The position numbers were made by a program, and so were the translations under genes. Under the pieces are notes generated by a model. The model saw only the letters and a program-made list of their open reading frames with translations. It did not search any database and was not told where the DNA came from. Below, piece by piece: positions 59,309-64,000 of a stretch of DNA of 64,000 nt. Each line of letters starts with the position of its first letter. Positions within the stretch are counted from its first letter, which is position 1. Source of the DNA: Selaginella moellendorffii (Eukaryota > Plantae > Lycopodiophyta); the NCBI RefSeq assembly GCF_000143415.4, contig NW_003314334.1:451614-515613 (forward strand), read 5' to 3'.

Positions 59309-60012
59309 TCAAAGAGAAACTCGCGCTGGATAAACCCGCGCACACATAGGCTTAAAGCAGCAAGAAATTGCTGGAAACTATATTGTGACGTGTGAACGTC
59401 ATTAGAGACTAGAAACATACGAGAATTAGGACATTAAAATACAACTACTGCTGTATTCAGCACTTTCAAATACTACCAACGACTGAGAAACACAAACACT
59501 CATAGTGAGAGCTCGCATTCCAGTACGACCAACATATTGTAAGAGACTAAAACAATTGTTCAAGAATTCAGATAGGATTGGACTCCAGAAGAGAGTTGCA
59601 ATCGTTTGCATACCTGCTCGATCCCAAATTTGGAGAGCAGCACCAAATATCACTAGCGAACAGCTACACCGATCAATTTATGACACAACCGACCTCCTTC
59701 CAACAAACAAAATCGTGCTTACTTACACTACCAAATTTTTCAAATACAAGACCTTTCCTGAGCTAGACTCATGAAAGTGACCTCGAGAAGAAACTCGGGA
59801 AGAATCGAGAAAGAAAAACTCGATTGAAGACTCAAGACACAAGAGCTTGACTTCGCATTTCTACTACAAAAACAAACTTGCAGAAGACTCAAGACATAAG
59901 AGCTTGACTTTGCAATCTATGAAGAACAACAATTGACTACAGACAACTTAGGCAAAACATAAATTCAGGAAACTTACCTCAACAATCAAGTTGAGAAGAC
60001 TTAGCAAACTGA

Positions 60013-62393
60013 ATGTACAAACACAAACCAGACCCAATCAAGATCCGGGAAAGAGATCTTCGACAAAAGAATCGAGAAGTGAAAAAGGAAGAGATAGGAA
60101 AAGAGAAACTAGAACAACAACAGCAACAAATTTTAGAAACAATATTAGAGAAGTACGACAAGGAGGATAAAGAAATTCAAGTTGCCGAGTCAAGCAACTC
60201 AGCCAACGATAACAAAGAACTAAATAGTGAAGACGCCCCAAAGTTTGAGGCATTTGAAGAAGCCGAATACATAGTACCAAAGTTTTACTCAAATCCAGAC
60301 TCACCAGAACAACAATTTCACCAACAAAGTCTACAACTTCAAATGGCAATCATCAACCCAGCGACAGCCATAGGGAACATGATTTCCTATCCCATTTTTA
60401 CTGGTGGAAAAACCGAAGATGCAAACCAGCATCTTAAACAATTTGATCAAATTGTAAAGATGAACAAACAGGAAATGCATCGGGAAATACTTTTCCCATA
60501 CACACTTAAGGGAAAAGCACTCGATTGGCATAATACACTCGATGATGCTTTGACCCATGATGAAAAGGTCACACAATTCAAGGAGCAATTCCAGACTGGT
60601 GGAACTCCAGAAGAACACTATGAGATCATCAAAAACTTCAAGCAAAAATCACGTGAAGGAATTCAAGATTACACTCGACGATTTAAGTTTCATGCAAAGC
60701 GCTGCAAGGATTTGATAACAGATAAAGGAAAGAGCTTATCCTATATCCAAGGACTCAAAGAAATCTATAGAAACATGGTAGCAATTGCTGCTGCAACAGA
60801 GAATCCAGATGATGAAAGTGTTGATACACTCTCCAAAGAAATCCTCACATTGGAAAAGAGATTCAAGAAATTCACAAAAGCTATACCTTCACAAACCGAT
60901 GACGGTTCAGATGATGAAGAAGAGGAAGAAATACACATTAAGACAAAGAAGAAAACACCAAAAGACCAAGACTTGAAGGATATAATCAAGAAAATCTCAC
61001 AAACCGAACTCAAAGCAGGAGTGTGGTGTACAAAGTGTAAAAATGAAGGACATACATATTTGGAATGCAAATTTCAGCTTCCAAAATGTCAAATTTGTGA
61101 TAGAGAAGGCCATATAGCCAAGAATTGCCGATTTAGGAATACAATGGAAGTTTCAAGAATCGAGAATGCTCCTCGACAAGAGCCCAATCCTCAATATCAA
61201 GGAAACTGGAATCAAAACGTGCGACCACCACGAAATCAACCTCCAAGATATAACAATTATTATCAACGTGATGATAATTTCTATAATCAAAGACAAAACT
61301 ATTACCAGCGAGACAATAGCAACTACAATAGAATACCCCCTCAAGATCAAAGACCAAACAACTATCCTGAAATTATGGAAGAAACTACAATACNNNNNNN
61401 NNNNNNNNNNNNNNNNNNNNNNNNNNNNNNNNNNNNNNNNNNNNNNNNNNNNNNNNNNNNNNNNNNNNNNNNNNNNNNNNNNNNNNNNNNNNNNNNNNNN
61501 NNNNNNNNNNNNNNNNNNNNNNNNNNNNNNNNNNNNNNNNNNNNNNNNNNNNNNNNNNNNNNNNNNNNNNNNNNNNNNNNNNNNNNNNNNNNNNNNNNNN
61601 NNNNNNNNNNNNNNNAGCAAGACCACCTGCAGCACGGAATGTTGAGGTTGAAGTCGAAGACTCACAAACTTATGAAGAACCAGCAATACGAACTATCACG
61701 AGACAACAATACAAGTCTCAGCAACCAGATAATCTGGAAGAACAAGATTACAAAGATGAACTGGAAATTATCCCAGAAACCAAATGGAAGAAAAGCAAGA
61801 AAATACTTAAAGCAATTCAAGCTGAATTGCAAGCACAAGATCTAGAAACAATCAAAGAACACGACAAACAATCAAACAATCAAGAAACAAAAAGTTTTAC
61901 CCAAGAGGAGCTGGCACCTGTTCAGCAGAAAGAAAAGTTTCATGTGGAAGAGCAAGCTGAAGCAAGGTTGAAGCAAAACCTGGTGGAAGATGAACAGCCT
62001 GATCAGATTGAGCAACCAGCAGAAGAAGACAAAGACCTGCAGTGGATAAAGGAGTTTCAGACGCAGGAACTTGAGGTGGTGCTTCCGAAGTTTTGTGAGC
62101 AGACGGAGCAGAAGAAAAATTCAATGCCAGAGTTTGACGTGGAACAGGCAGTAGCTGGTCAAGCTGGCTTGGAGCAGAAAGCTGTTGTGAAGAAGAAAGA
62201 AGAAGATGTTAGACAACAAAGAGGTGTAGAAGTTCAGAACCTTGTGGAGCAGCCATCAAGAGGAGCCGTATACCCAGGCCAAAGTTTGCACTTGAAGGTG
62301 GCTGGTGTGAAGTTGGTGAAGAGACGAGGAAGTGTGTTTCTCAGGTTTTGGTGGGATAGAGGCAAGCTGGTTTCATCCTTTGTAGCTCTGTAG
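60013..62393 (+). CDS. gag: Gag (capsid-like domain, two CCHC knuckles, long Glu/Gln-rich tail), spanning the assembly gap
   Basis: FTGG..EDANQHL, FPYTLKGKALDW, KQKSREGIQDY..RF, CTKCKNEGHTYLEC, CQICDREGHIAKNC. The frame after the gap is open from 61617 to 62393. Confidence 0.8.
61394..61615. other. Assembly gap (222 N)
   Basis: N run. Confidence 1.
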
Positions 62394-63743
62394 GAGTAGA
62401 GGAAGTAAGTAGTAAAGCAGCAAAACTGAAAGCCGTCCAAGAGAAGTCGTGGCTGTTTCAAGTCGGATGTTTAAAGTTTCGAGAAGAGGCGTTTGTGCAA
62501 CTGATCTCGGGAAGAAGCTGGTCAAATTCAGATCACAAGACTTTGAGGAAGCAGCTCAAACTTATGAAGAGGAGGAAGAGGAGGAGGAACCGCATGAGGG
62601 AACAGCTACCCACGATGCAGCAATGGAGCAATGACTGCGGGACGCAGCACAAGGCAGTCGTGGGAGAGTGGAGAAGGGAGAAAAAAAAGACAAGCTCGAG
62701 GATTCAAGCTTAGGAAAGTAAACTTGAGAGGTTCAAGGTTAGGACTGTATTCCTAACCTTGACGTGAGCAGTAGAGACTATAAAAGTAGGACTTAGAATG
62801 TTTTTAGACTGATCCCTAATACAAAATACATTGCAATACATCGTCATTCTGCCTATCTCTTGGCTCTTCACAGCAATGTCTTACTTACCCATCGCCTTCA
62901 AGGGATCAAAGGCGTGGGACTAGCACCTTCAAGCACTTGTTCACAGTCCCAACTTGGCTTGGCACAAGCAGGTAAGTGCATTCTTCTTGTAGTGTAGTTT
63001 TAGATTTAGGGACTAGATAAGATTTGAAGCTCCTAGGAAAATCTCGTGTGGACGTTTCCTCCCAGTCCAGAGATTCCAGGAGTTTTCAACTGCTGACAAT
63101 GAGTATATTATTATTGCTTCTGACTACTTGACTCGTTGGGTGGAAGTTGGTGCTCTTGCTAGCACCTCTGTAACAGCTATTGGATACTTCCTCCTCAATC
63201 GAGTGGTATTCTAGCATTCTTGTCTAGAGCAGATTCTTTCGGATAATGGTCCTGCATTTATGGCTGAAGCATTTCATGTTTTGACGTCTCGGTTGGGGAT
63301 ATGCCACACTTTCACGAGTGCTTATCATCCACAATTAGACGGTCTAGTGGAACAGCTTGTTTGGACATTCAAAGGGATAATTGTGAAGTATGTGAACTTT
63401 TAGCATTCGGATTGGGATGGTTATTTGTTGTCTCTTTGGTATGCCTATGTCATAGAGGTGTAGAGTTATATTGGTGCTTCACCATATAAACTTTTATATG
63501 GTCATGATCCAATATTACTAATGGAGCTGGGTTTACCTTTGCAATTGCCACAAGCTCCCGATGCTAGGTCATGGGATCAATATTTGATGAGCATTTTTTC
63601 ACTTGTCCAAGCAGAGTCTGCCGAACACTTAGGCTGCGTACAAGTGGGATAACAACGGCACTACAACTCCCATTATCGTCCACCTGCAGAGTACACCGTA
63701 TCGGGTGTTGCAGCAAGTTGGACCGCAAGTTTATAAGGTTCGG

Positions 63744-63843
63744 NNNNNNNNNNNNNNNNNNNNNNNNNNNNNNNNNNNNNNNNNNNNNNNNNNNNNNNNN
63801 NNNNNNNNNNNNNNNNNNNNNNNNNNNNNNNNNNNNNNNNNNN
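63744..63843. other. Assembly gap (100 N); the paralogous position in copy A holds 54 bp (31647-31700)
   Basis: N run whose flanks match copy A. Confidence 0.95.
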
Positions 63844-64000
63844 CTCTTCATACAAAGGGATCAAGAGCAATTAATACCATTTACAAACCCGCCAATGCCT
63901 CCTTTTGACGTTCCTCCAGATCCCGGCCCATCTACAAGAGAACCTTGACAACCTTCCATTATTCCGAGAGGAGGGGATGATGTGAGGGTTAAGTGTACGG

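Larger units (their letters stand above)
57333..63088 (+). mobile_element. Young nested LTR retroelement with accessory ORFs plus gag and no recognisable pol
   Basis: 420-bp LTRs 57333-57752 and 62669-63088 with no differences seen by eye, TG..CA termini, TSD ACTGC, PBS TGGCGACCACGGTGGGA (tRNA-Arg type). Confidence 0.93.
53470..64000 (+). mobile_element. Ty3/gypsy copy B (duplicate of 26551-32004); 5' LTR 53470-53617, 3' LTR starts at 63981
   Basis: Near-identical to copy A, including the upstream flank and shared lesions. Integrase is interrupted by the insertion at 57333-63088. Confidence 0.95.

Noticed and set aside
61616-61845. C-terminal part of the 610-aa ORF as given in the track
   Set aside because: The frame across the N gap is arbitrary; the frame open from 61617 to 62393 is the more plausible gag continuation.

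Overview
Eukaryotic nuclear DNA from a land plant. The very short GT-AG introns (about 45-75 nt), dense gene packing and PLS-PPR/LRR-RLP content suggest a lycophyte such as Selaginella; this is inference. Apparently intact genes: an intronless bacterial-type DNA topoisomerase IA (5978-9115), an extremely AT-rich secreted B-lectin ORF, a PLS-class PPR protein, a CXE/GID1-family alpha/beta hydrolase lacking the catalytic Ser, IWS1, a divergent proteasome RPT3, a 5-exon micro-exon orphan gene missed by the ORF track (two copies), and a 938-aa LRR receptor-like protein. Pseudogenes and relics: topA, TWD40-1-like, LRR-RLP, bromodomain, thiamine pyrophosphokinase x2, RPT3, IWS1, PPR and GAMYB. A segmental duplication (about 22.7-32 kb versus 49.6-64 kb) carries a dead Ty3/gypsy element. 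Copy A later received a 5S-rRNA-bearing Cassandra TRIM. Copy B received a very young LTR element with no visible pol, carrying unexplained ORFs (one with a tandem Cys4 motif) upstream of gag. A decayed LARD-like element with a nested TRIM fills 40.3-48 kb. Family assignments come from motif recognition by eye; no database searches were run.
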